This document shows positions 13,492 through 26,436 of a stretch of 64,000 bases of DNA, piece by piece. Location: the NCBI GenBank assembly GCA_040954595.2, contig CM082588.2:9718844-9782843 (forward strand). The letters are read 5' to 3'. The first letter of the stretch is position 1; every line of letters begins with the position of its first letter. A program made the position numbers and the translations under genes. This DNA is from Balanoglossus misakiensis (lineage: Eukaryota > Animalia > Hemichordata). The notes beneath the pieces are model-generated. The model was not told the origin of the DNA. It was given only the letters and a program-made list of their open reading frames with translations, and searched no databases.

Positions 13492-14999
13492 TTACGATCC
13501 CGAGATTACGATAAGCATAGGGACATTATAACGAGCCAACGTGAAACTGACATGGAAACGATCGACAGTACGGTAGAGCACAGTGACTGCTGGTAGAGCG
13601 AGCGTGTTGCTGTGCGGGAGGCATTTACCATGTTTGTTTACAACACACACCGACATGACCTGTGGCCGCAGTTGCAGCCTCCTAAGCGACCTAACCCAAG
13701 CAGTTTACGATCTCGGGTATCGTGGTCTGACTGACCAAAATGACACAGAAAGAGAAACACATTAGGAAGTATTATAGCTCTGTTTCCTCGAAGTCGAATA
13801 AGTGTTCACAACACAAGGCACATCAAACCCGTTGCTCAGACATCGGAAGTTTGCAGTTCGCTTGCCTGGTTTGAAATGCGTGGCTGTGGTAGAAATTACC
13901 CACTGTGCCCCCCCCCCCCGATTTTATTGTGTAGACAATGAGGCACTCACACTCAAAAAGCAAATGAGATATTCTTTCGAATGCGAGCATGTTCCAGAGC
14001 GTTCTAAAGAAATAAAATATGCAGCTGTAGCATGTATGCATATTCATTAGTGTGTCGTAATGCTAACTTTGGTCTGTGATTGGGTAACACGTTCTACTCA
14101 CCATAACAACAGGTGATCATTGATCCGTTTCCGGTGTGCGACGCCGGGTTTCGACCACTTTCCTTCTACTTGCCGCGGGATCAAGACGTCTTTTCGGTAG
14201 GCTCATAATCGAATCATTGCTTTTAGTACAATAGCCTATTTAGCTATGTTACCGTCACTCGATTGTTTTGTCTGGTATTGGGTGACTTGCAGCTATCCGT
14301 ACAACACCTTGTAGTTGAACAGAAGTAGGTTTAATTCCAGAAACAATTCCGAGCTACGGGCGTGCAGCTAGCCTCTCGGCTATTCTGGGTATGGCTGCGC
14401 TGCCTCCCGAATCAGGAGACCAGGAAGTCATAATCGAGAAAGTCTAGTCATATTTATAGGGTTATATTTTGTGAGAATTTTATTGCTAGGCCTCTTGCCT
14501 AAGCGCACGTAGGGCCAGTTTGTGAGATTGAAAAGGATGGCAGCGCTGCAGGATGTTTAGTGTCAAAATAGTCGACCATACTGTCGAACGGTTGTGGCAA
14601 AATGGAAAGTCTCTTTGCTGGTGGACGGAACGATAGTTCCATACGTATAGTCTTTGTTTAGCGGAAGGTCAGGAAACCACGGTATTTTTCCATACATAAT
14701 TCCATACGTTCTTTGAGGTTTTTATATGAGTCACCTCGGTGTTTGCAGGTGTTTTTTTTTTAATTTTACGGTTTAAACGTGGTTGGTGTATTTTCGCTTT
14801 TCTGGTGAGATTTCCACCTCTCCGTTGGCATACTTAGAAAATTATCCTAATTTTTATTGAGAAAACCGATAAAACCAAAACCACAACTAAAGAAAATGTC
14901 TTAAACATTTTAACTTAGGCATTGTAATCTGTTTGGTGATAACCCTTTTAGCTTTGAGAGATAACCGAATTGATGTTTTAGTATAAGCCAATTTTTTGA

Positions 15000-15490
15000 C
15001 CAGGGCGACAAGGATTTTTTCTCCTAGAGTCGTGTTGCTTGGAAGCATACTTTTGTATGTGTGGTCCCAGTTGATGAAAACCTGGTTGATGAAAAATGTG
15101 CATATTTATAATTTTGTAGCAATTTTTGCCATTTTTGGTTAAAAATTGTTTCCTCTAAAACCGCTTGTGAGATTGCTTTCAAATTTGGTAGGCTTGTTCC
15201 TTGGGGATAATTAAATGAGATGTTTAAAAAAAATACTTGAAATTTACATATTTACATATTTGCGTTTTGTGTGTGAAAGTTGTGGAATTTTTCATCAAAA
15301 ATTATTTTCTTTCAAACTGCATGTCAGATCGCCTTGAGCTTTGGTAGGCATGTTCCCTGAAGCGATTGAAGTAAGATATTATACAATTTTGGAGAAAATA
15401 CTGATTTTTCTGAAACTGCATATGGGATTGCTTTGAAATTTGATAGGAATATTCCAATGGGTAACCCAAGTTTTGTCTGATTGTGTTGAT
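15000..15490 (+). mobile_element. Second remnant of the same ~150-bp internal-repeat family as 11340-12000
   Basis: GATTGCTTT(C/G)AAATTTG(G/A)TAGG motif at ~15170, 15325, 15425. Confidence 0.45.
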
Positions 15491-18400
15491 TACCCTATAC
15501 TGAGACTCACTAAGTACACTATATGTTTATATTACTAGGGAGTTCAGAATCCAATATGGCCACCATTCAAAGTGGGACATGCTGTATAATCTGATTGATT
15601 TCTAAACTTGTCATATTTTAATTTCTCGGTCTTGCAAATAAAAATAAAATGCCAAAAACTGAGTAACTTTCGTTTCTTCCCGCTTGTTAACGTCATATGT
15701 TGGTGTTGTCCATTACAACGATTATTATATAAGCGTCCCGAAACACTGATAAGAACTCCAATATAATTAGCCAGAGTAAACTGAGATTTTTATGCTGAAG
15801 TCGGCATATGGTCTTTTTCCTCCTACTGGGAAAGTGGCTAGAGTCAATCAGTGCATAATGGCAGCATTACATGGCACTGAATAAATGGCAGGGGTATTTA
15901 CATCTCTGTATTTTTTTCACTTAAACCAATATAAATCTCTAACAGTATATTATAATATTGTGTATGCAACTTGGAGATGCGTTTTACTTCAGAGTTGGAA
16001 GTATTTTTTAGTAAAGTCTGGGAAGTGACATGTCTTCAAAGTGATTGATGTTATCTGCTAAGAGGTGAATGCCCATGGGTGTTCTTTCCTAGATTTTACA
16101 TTTTCTTAGCATTTCATAGACCTGTGTATAATTATAATTTCAGTTATATATTCTAATTTGAGTTTAGGAAGGGTATGCATGGAATTAAAGTAATTATTCT
16201 GTAATTACCCAACCAAATATGTTGTCTAACTAATGGATATTTTGATTGTCAATTTGCACAGGCAACATTATTGAAGTAGCATTAAGAGTAGTTGATAATA
16301 TAGCAGAGCTTCTAACTGGAAAGAAGAGCTTAGTAAATTTATCAGCTCATAATATTCCTTTAACCAATGAACTTTATATGAACTTGCACACCTGCGTTAA
16401 AGATACAGGGATTAATGTTCAGGAAACCTTACCAGCTCTAGTAAATTTATTTGAGCCAGAAATTGAATTACCAAAAAAAATCAGTAATTTCATAAAGACA
16501 CAGTCAAAAAAGAAACAGAGAAAGCCAGCAAGGAAGGGAGAAAAGTGGAATACATGAACGACACAGTTTGCTTAAAATACGTGTGTGTGCTGTAAAAACT
16601 GTATGGTGCAACGGCGTCAATTTTTATGATTTATAAGCAGCCAGTCTTTCCATGCATATCATACCAAAATTTAATATGAAATTCTTGTTAATGTTAATAG
16701 TCTACAAGGATAGTACAGGTAACATGTTGAAATTAAACTATCAAACTTTCTCCACTTTTGATATCCGCTCGACACAGGCAAGCAAAAGGGCCGATCTGAG
16801 ACTATGACTTGAATGATGGCAATTTTTGCTGTCCAGAAGTAACTGTATAGCATTTATTTGGTAGTAATATCAGCTTTATGATTGCTAAAAATACATCAGA
16901 ATTTAAATATTTCCACTTACTACAGTGATTGAACTGATTTTCAGCAAATTGCAGTGTATAAACAAATATTGTCATCTAATGAAATGTCAACCCAATTAAG
17001 GCCGCCTATTTGCAATGGTAAAATGCTAGGTTTACCATATTTGAGCGCCTGGGAATTTAAATTATAATCCAGATATCAAAAACTTAAGTCACTATCTGTA
17101 TCTGCACATATATTGTAATATAATCTGAAAATTTCGTGAAAATTAGATCAAACATGATCGAGACACAGAAGATCAAACATTGCAAATTTTCATATTTTAC
17201 CATGGTGCCATGCAAAAAATAGAGAGATTTTTTTTACAAGTTTAGATGATCTCCTGTAAAACTGAAAGAAGTAATCTTCTGTGAATCTTGCATTTTTATG
17301 TTGGAACCATGCAAACCACTTTGGCCCCTGCAATGCAGCATGTTGCTTTAATTGTCTTCTTCATGGTTGCCATATTGGATTTTTTGGAGATGCGTTTCAC
17401 TTCAGAGTTTGAAGTTTTTTTAGTAAAGTCTGGGAAGTGACATGTCTTCAAAGTGACTGATGTTATCTGCTAAGAGCTGAATGCCCATGGGTGTTCTTTC
17501 CTAGATTTTACATTTTCTTAGCATTTCATAGACCTGTTTATAATTATAATTTCAGTTATATATTCTAATTTGAGTTTAGGTAGAGTATGCATGGAATTAA
17601 AGTAATTATTCTGTAATTACCCAACCAAATATGTTGTCTAACTAATGGATATTTTGATTGTCAATTTGCACAGGCAACATTATTGAAGTAGCATTGAGAG
17701 TAGTTGATAATATAGCAGAGCTTCTAACTGGAAAGAAGAGCTTAGTAAATTTATCAGCTCATAATATTCCTTTAACCAATGAACTTTATATGAACTTGCA
17801 CACCTGCGTTAAAGATACAGGGATTAATGTTCAGGAAACCTTACCAGCTCTAGTACATTTATTTGAGCCAGAAGTTGAATTACCAAAAAAAAATCAGTAA
17901 TTTCATAAAGACACAGTCAGAAAAGAAATAGACAAAGCCAGCAAGGAAGGGAGAAAAGTGGAATACATGAAAGACACAGTGTGCTTAAAATACATGTGTG
18001 TGCAGTAAAAACTGTATGGTGCAACGGCGTCCATTTTCATGATTTATAGCCAGCCAGTCTTTCCATGCATATCATACCAAAATTTAATATGAAATTCTTG
18101 TTAATGTTAATAGTCTACCAGGATAGTACAGGTAACATGTAGAAATTAAACTATCCAACTTTCTCCACTTTTGATATCCACTCGACACAGGCAAGCAAAA
18201 GGGCCGATCTGAGACTTTGACTTGAATGATGGCAATTTTTGCTGTTCAGAAGTAACTGTATAAAATGTTTTTGGTAGTAATATCAGCTTTATGATTGCTA
18301 AAATACACAAGACTTTAAATATTTCCACTTACTACAGTGATTGAACTGATTTTCAGCAAATTGCAGTGTATAAAAAAATATTGCCATCTAATGAAATGTC

Positions 18401-18528
18401 AACCCAATATGGCCGCCCATTTGCAATGGTAAAATGCTAGGTTTACCATATTTGAGCGCCTGGGAATTTAAATTATAATCCAGATATCAAAAACTTAAGT
18501 CACTATCTGTATCTGCACATATATTGTA

Positions 18529-18972
18529 TTATAATATACCTCATGCTAATACTGTGCCGTGATTCGCCAGAATCCGTCACGTGATAGGAAAATAGAATCG
18601 ACTATGAACCGTTAGGGAAATAGCAGAAAAAATATAAACCGGTCACATGACAAACGTGGTCACGTCAATCAGCGTCGCGTCTGACACAATGGCCACCGCT
18701 GAAGATGTTGTCTGCCAACCTCAAGAGAAAATTGCATGATTTTCCAAACTGTCAGCATGAGGTTTATTATAAAACACCTATAGCCTGGCCTATATTCGAG
18801 CCATAGCAGCCGTTTTTACCCCCACGTGGCTGTGAGTTACCAGAATCATACGCTATTTCCCTCGGCCTGCGGCCTCGGGAAATAGCATATGATTCTGGTA
18901 ACTCACAACCCCTCCGGTGTAATAAACGGCCGCTATGGCCCTCATGGCCAGGCAATAGGTGTTCAATATAAT
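18529..18972. mobile_element. Crypton-like (Eulor5/6-type) non-autonomous double-hairpin element
   Basis: Absent from the sister units at ~17115 and ~22880 (TTGTAATATAATCTG). Two tandem inverted-repeat arms share TTATAA cores; central CTCGGCCTGCGGCCTCG hairpin. The insertion is certain; the Crypton label rests on recalled resemblance. Confidence 0.6.
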
Positions 18973-21900
18973 CTGGAAATTTCGTGAAAATTAGATAAAA
19001 CATGATTGAGACACGGAACATCAAACATTGCAAATTTTCATATCTTACCATGGTGCCATGCAAAAAATAGAGAGATTTTTTTACAAGTTTAGATGATCTC
19101 CTGTAAAACTGTAAAGATGTAATCTTCTGTGAATCTTGCATTTTTATGTTGGAACCATGTTAACCGCTTTGGTCCCTCAAATGCTGCTTTTAGTAAATGT
19201 TTTAATTGTCTTCTTCATGGCGGCCATATTGGATTTTCGGATAACCTTTAAAAGTTGACATTTTTTTCAAAAACTACAGGGCCAATCAAGTTCTAATTTA
19301 CTGTGCGGTTCAATGTTTGACAATAATATCATTAGTGGTCATGTGGCTTTGGATTTTGAAAAAATATCATTAAAAAATTTCAAAAATCTTTTTCTAATCA
19401 AGTTTTCAAGTAAATTGTGATTGGGTAAACCTTATTGAAGCCAAATTGGATTTTCTGATCTCCAATAAAAGACTAAAATTTCCTATTTCTAGCCTGCTCA
19501 TTGAAACCACACAAATTCTTTTTATGGATATGAGTCACCATATGACCAGAATATATCACAATTATTAGACTACTTTCACATGTTCTTTGATCAAGTTTTT
19601 ACAGAACTTGATTAAACAATGTGTTTGCGACTCTCGCATGTCCATTGATCCAGTAATTCCAGAACTTATTTTATGTGGATATGCCTCTTGTTAAAAAGCA
19701 CAACAGTCATAATTTTGTTCACATGAGTACGACTGCTGCCAGGACATAACCCAAATCTTTTGATAATTTTGGCAATGACCTTTGCTGCCAGGACATAACC
19801 CAAATCTTTTGATAATTTTGGCAATGACCTTTGATCTACTATCCCATGCCTTGGAATAAACAGCAAATACAGTCTTCAAATTTTTTTGGCTGGAACACCT
19901 AATGAAGTATTAAACTTTAACACAATAATTATGTACATAAGCTATTTCAAGTGAACCAAAAGAGCTTAGAAGTCTGTTTTCTGTTGGACACAGCTCAGTT
20001 TGATATCAAAATTTGTTGGCCAAAATTTGCGTGACCTCTGGCTTACTTACCATTTCTCAGCATCCATAACAGATAAAGCCTTTGCTTTCTGTTGGAACCA
20101 TGCTAACCGCTTTGGTCCCTCCAATGCTGCTTTTAGTTTTAATTGTCTTCTTCATGGCGGCCATATTGGATTTTCGTATAACCTTTAAAAATTGACATCT
20201 TATAAAACAACTACAAGGCAAATCAAGTTCTAATTTACTGTGCGGTTCAATGACAATAATAAAACTTGAATAAACAATTTGTTTGTGACTCTCGCATGTC
20301 CTTTGATCCAGTAATTCCAGAACTTATTTTATGTGGATATGCCCTTTGATCCAGTAATTCCAGAACTTATTTTATGTGGATATGCCTCTTGTTAAAAAGC
20401 ACAACAGTCATGATTTTGTTCACATGAGTACTGCTGCTGCCAGGAAATAACCAAAATATTTTGCTAACTATGGCAATGACCTTTGATCTACTTTTCCATA
20501 AGTTGGCATGCACAGCAGATACAGTCTTCAAATTTGGAGGACTGAAACAACTAATGAAGTATTAAACTTTAACACAATAATTTTGTACATAAGCTATTTC
20601 AAGTAAACAAATGGAGCTTACAAGTCTGGTTTTTGTTGGACACTGATCAGTTTAAGATCAAAAATTTGTGTCACAATTTTGCGTGACCTCTGGCTTACTT
20701 TACCATTTCTTGGCATCCACAACAAAACAGCCTTTTCTTTCTGTTGGAACCATGCTAACCGCTTGGGCCTGTCCCATTTCTTCTTAATGGTGGCCATATT
20801 GGATATTCTGATAACCCTTAAAAATTGACATCTTTTCAACAACTACAAGGCAAATAAAGTTCTAATTTACTGTGCGGTTCAATGTTTGACAACAATATCA
20901 TTAGTGGTCATGTCACTTTGGTTGCCATATTGGATTTTTGAAAAATCTCATGAAAAATTTCACAAATCTTTTTCTAATCAAGTTTTCAAGTAAATTGTGA
21001 TTGGGTAAACCTTATTGAGCCAAATTGGATTTTCTGATCTCCGATAAAAGACTAATATTTCCTATTTCTAGCCTGCTCATTGAAACCACACAAATTCTTT
21101 TTATGGATATGAGTGACCATATGACCAGAATATATCACAATTATTAGACTACTTTCACATGTTCTTTGATCAAGTTTTTACAGAACTTGATTTAAACAAT
21201 TTATTTGCGACTCTCGCTTGTCCTTTGATTCAGTTATTCCAGAACTTATTTTATGTGGATATGCCTCTTGTTAAAAAGCACAGCAGTCATGATTTTGTTC
21301 ACACGAGTACTACTGCTGCCAGGACAAAACCCAAATCTTTTGATAATTTTGGCAATGACCTTTGATCTACTATCCCATGCCTTGGAATGTACAGCAGATA
21401 CAGCCTTCAAATTTGGTGGACTGGAACACCTAATGAAGTATTAAACTTTAACACAATAATTATGTACATAAGCTATTTCAAGTTAACCAATAGAGCTTAG
21501 AAGTCTGGTTTTTTGTTGGACACTGATCAGTTTGATATCAAATTTTGTTAGCACAATTTTGCATGACCTCTGGCTTACTTTACCATTTCTTGGCATCCAC
21601 AACAGAAACAGCCTTTGCTTTCTTTTGGAACCATGCTTACCACTTTGGTCCCTCCAATGCAGCATGTTGCTTTAATTGTCTTCTTCATGGTTGCCATATT
21701 GGATTTTTTGGAGATGCGTTTAACGTCAGAGTTGGAAGTATTTTTAGTAAAGTCTGGGAAGTGACATGTCTTCAAAGTGACTGATGTTATCTGCTAAGAG
21801 CTGAATGCCCATGGGTGTTCTTTCCTAGATTTTACATTTTCTTAGCATTTTATAGACCTGTGTATAACTATAATTTTAGTTATATATTCTAATTTGAGTT

Positions 21901-24900
21901 TAGGTAGAGTATGCATGGAATTATAGTTATTACTCTGTAATTACCCAACCAAATATGTTGTCTAACTAATGGATATTTTGATTGTCAATTTGCACAGGCA
22001 ACATTATTGAAGTAGCATTGAGAGTAGTTGTTAATATAGCAGAGCTTCTAACTGGAAAGAAGAGCTTAGTAAATTTATCAGCTCATAATATTCCTTCAAC
22101 CAATGAACTTTATATGAACTTGCACACCTGCGTTAAAGATACAGGGATTAATTTTCAGGAAACCTTACCAGCTCTAGTACAATTTTTTGAGCCAGAAATT
22201 GAATTACCCCCCCCCCCCCAAAAAAAAAAAAAAATAAAAAAAAAAAATAGTAATTTTATAAAGACACAGTCAGAAAAAAAAACAGAGAAAGCCAGCAAGG
22301 AAGGGAGAAAAGTGGAATACATGAAAGGCACAGTTTGCTTAAAATACGTGTGTATGCAGTAAAACTGTATGGTGCAACGGCGTCCATTTTTATGATTTAT
22401 AGCCAGCCAGTCTTTCCATGCATATCATACCAGAATTTAATATGAAATTCTTGTTAATGTTAATAGTCTACAAGGATAGTACAGGTAACATGTAGAAATT
22501 AAACTATCCAACTTTCTCCACTTTTGATATCTGCTCGACACAGGCAAGCAAAAGGGCCGATCTGAGACTTTGACTTGAAAGATGGCAATTTTTGTTGTCC
22601 AGAAGCAACTGTATAACATTTTTTTGATAGTAATATCAGCTTTATGATTGCTAAAATACACAAGAATTTAAATATTTCCACTTACTACAGTGATTGAACT
22701 GATTTTCAGCAAATTGCAATGTATAAACAAATATTGCCATCTAATGAAATGTCAACCCAATATGGCCGCCCATTTGCAATGGTAAAATGCTAGGTTTACC
22801 ATATTTGAGCGCCTTTGGAATTTAAATTATAATCCAGATATCAAAAACATAAGTCACTATCTGTATCTGCACATATATTGTAATATAATCTGAAAATTTT
22901 GTGAAAATTAGATCAAACATGATTTAGACACGGAACATCAAACATTGCAAATTTTCATATTTTACCATGGTGCCATGCAAAAAATAGAGATTTTTTTACA
23001 AGTTTAGATGATCTCCTGTAAAACTGAAAGAAGTAATCTTCTGTGAATCTTACAATTTTATATAATTTGGTAAAATTCTTTGAAAAATGGTGAAGATACT
23101 TGAGAATCTCAGTATTATTTGATGCGTTTGTACGCTGAAATCCGGTGAACCGATTTTGATAGTTTTCTTTGTTATAACCTGCTAAGATGTATAAACATTT
23201 TTATCAGAAAAATAAACGGCAATCTTGGGGTAAATTTTTAACTGATCTTCCTTATATAATTTTAATGGTCCAGCTGTTACAGGGACCACCAGCTATTTTA
23301 TTATAAACTGGTGGTAGGTCAGTGAATGCCTCTGTCTGATTGGACTAATTAATTTGTCATACTCGCATGTATTTTTACAGACAGTTTTTGGACAAAAATC
23401 AGTTGTTGTTTTTTTAGTGTAGCTTGTAAGATTGCTGTGACACATAACACTTTATTTGGCATAGTTAATTGTTTTATGTTTCCATAGTATTTAAATATTA
23501 ATGCCATATATGCTTGCCAATGTCGCCCCTGAATTTAATTCTGGTGAATACCTAATTTCTGAGTAATCCCCAAAGGGCACCACAGTGTCCTTTACATTAT
23601 TTTATAAGAAGTAAATTATACATAGATATGCATCTTGTTAAAAAGCCCAACAGTCATGATTTTGTTCACATGAGTACTACTGCTGCCAGGACATAACCCA
23701 AATCTTTTGATAATTTTGGCAATGACCTTTGATCTACTATCCCATGCCTTGGCATGTACAGTAGATACAGCCTTCAAATTTGGTGTTCTTATTGACTGTG
23801 CGGTTCAATGTTTGACAATAATATCATTAGTGGTCATGTGGCTTTGGATTTTTGAAAAATATCATAAAAAAAATTCAAAAAATCTATTTCTAATCAAGTT
23901 TTCAAGTAAATTGTGATTGGGTAAACCTTATTGGAGCCAAATTGGATTTTCTGATCTCCGATAAAAGACTAAAATTTCCCATTTCTAGCGTGCTCCTTGA
24001 AACCACACAAATTCTTTTTATGGATATGAGTCACCATAGGACCAGAATATATCAAAATTATTAGACTACTTTCAGATGTTCTTTGATCAAATTTTTACAA
24101 AACTTGATTGAACAACTTGTTTGCGACTCTCGCATGTCCTTTGATCCAGTAATTCCAGAACTTATTTTATGTGGATATGCCTCTTGTTAAAAAGCACATC
24201 TGTCATGATTTTGTTCACATGAGTACTATTGCTGCCAGGACATAACCCAAATCTTTTAGATAATTTTGGCAATGACCTTTGATCTACTATCCCATGCCTT
24301 GGCATGTACAGCAGATACAGCCTTCAAATTTGGTGGACTGGAACACCTTATGAAGAATTAAACTTTAACACAATAATTATGTACATAAGCTATTTCAAGT
24401 TAACCAATAGAGCTTAGAAGTCTGTTTTCTGTTGGACACAGCTCAGTTTGATATCAAAATTTGTTGGCCCAAATTTGCGTGACCTCTGGCTTACTTACAA
24501 TTTCTCAGCATCAATAACAGATACAGCCTTTGCTTTCTGTTGGAACCATGCTAACCACTTTGGTCCCTCCAATGCTGCTTTTAGTTGTAATTGTCTTGTT
24601 CATGGCGGCCATATTGGATTTTCGGTTAACCTTTAAAAGGTGACATTTTTTTCAAAAACTACAGGGCCAATCAAGTTCAAATTGACTGTGCAGTTCAATG
24701 TTTGACAATAATATCGTTAGTGGTCATGTGGCTTTGGATTTTTGAAAAATAGAATAAAAAAATTTCAAAACATTTATTTCTAATCAAGTTTTCAAGTAAA
24801 ATGTGATTGGGTAAACCTTATTGGAGCCAAATTGGATTTTCTGATCTCCGATAAAAGACTAAAATTTCCTATTTCTAGCGTGCTCATTGAAACCACACAA

Positions 24901-25355
24901 ATTCTTTTTATGGATACGAGTCACCATAGGACCAGAATATATCATAATTATTAGACTACTTCCACATGTTCTTTGATCCAGTAATTCCAGAACTTATTTT
25001 ATGTGGATATGCCTCTTGTTAAAAAGCACAACAGTCATGATTTTGTTCACATGAGTACTACTGCTGCCAGGACATAACCCAAATCTTTTGATAATTTTGG
25101 CAATGACCTTTGATCTACTATCCCATGCCTTGGCATGTACAGCAGATACAGCCTTCAAATTTGGTGGACTGCAACACCCAATAAAGTATTAAACTTTTAC
25201 ACAATAATTTTGTACATAATCTATTTCAAGTTAACCAGTAGAGCTTAGAAATCTGGTTTTTTGTTTGACACTGATCAGTTTAAGATCAAACATTTGTGTC
25301 ACAATTTTGCGTGACCTCTGGCTTACTTTACCATTTCTTTGCATCCACAACAAAA

Positions 25356-25486
25356 TCAAATCAAATCAATCAAGCAAAAAAGTTTATATAGCGCCAAAAT
25401 CCAAAAAGAAATTTTGCCCAATGACGCTCACGGTTAAACCACACTGTATGCTCTTTCGAACATATGAGTTTTCATATGATTTTTTT
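25356..25486 (-). mobile_element. Short L2/CR1-type LINE or SINE 3' tail insertion
   Basis: Minus strand ends GGCGCTATATAAAC...(ATTTG)n; flanked by 7-bp duplication AACAAAA; empty site visible at ~20720. Confidence 0.7.
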
Positions 25487-26305
25487 AACAAAACATCCTT
25501 TGCTTTCTGTTGGAACCATGCTAACTGCTTGGGCCCATCCCATTTCTTCTTAATGGCGGCCATATTGGATATTATGATAACACTTAAAAATTTACATCTT
25601 TTCAACAACTACAAGGCAAATCAAGTTCTAATTTACTGTGCGGTTTAATGTTTGACAATAATATCGTTAGTGGTCATGTGGCTTTGGATTTTTGAAAAAT
25701 AGAATAAAAAAATTTCAAAACATTTATTTCTAATCAAGTTTTCAAGTAAAATGTGATTGGGTAAACCTTATTGGAGCCAAATTGGATTTTCTGATCTCCG
25801 ATAAAAGACTAAAATTTCCTATTTCTAGCGTGCTCATTGAAACCACACAAATTCTTTTTATGGATACGAGTCACCATAGGACCAGAATATATCATAATTA
25901 TTAGACTACTTCCACATGTTCTTTGATCCAGTAATTCCAGAACTTATTTTATGTGGATATGCCTCTTGTTAAAAAGCACAACAGTCATGATTTTGTTCAC
26001 ATGAGTACTACTGCTGCCAGGACATAACCCAAATCTTTTGATAATTTTGGCAATGACCTTTGATCTACTATCCCATGCCTTGGCATGTACAGCAGATACA
26101 GCCTTCAAATTTGGTGGACTGCAACACCCAATAAAGTATTAAACTTTTACACAATAATTTTGTACATAATCTATTTCAAGTTAACCAGTAGAGCTTAGAA
26201 ATCTGGTTTTTTGTTTGACACTGATCAGTTTAAGATCAAACATTTGTGTCACAATTTTGCGTGACCTCTGGCTTACTTTACCATTTCTTTGCATCCACAA
26301 CAAAA

Positions 26306-26436
26306 TCAAATCAAATCAATCAAGCAAAAAAGTTTATATAGCGCCAAAATCCAAAAAGAAATTTTGCCCAATGACGCTCACGGTTAAACCACACTGTATG
26401 CTCTTTCGAACATATGAGTTTTCATATGATTTTTTT
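26306..26436 (-). mobile_element. Duplicate of the 25356-25486 tail, copied with its 950-bp unit
   Basis: Same sequence and same AACAAAA flanks 950 bp downstream. Confidence 0.7.
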
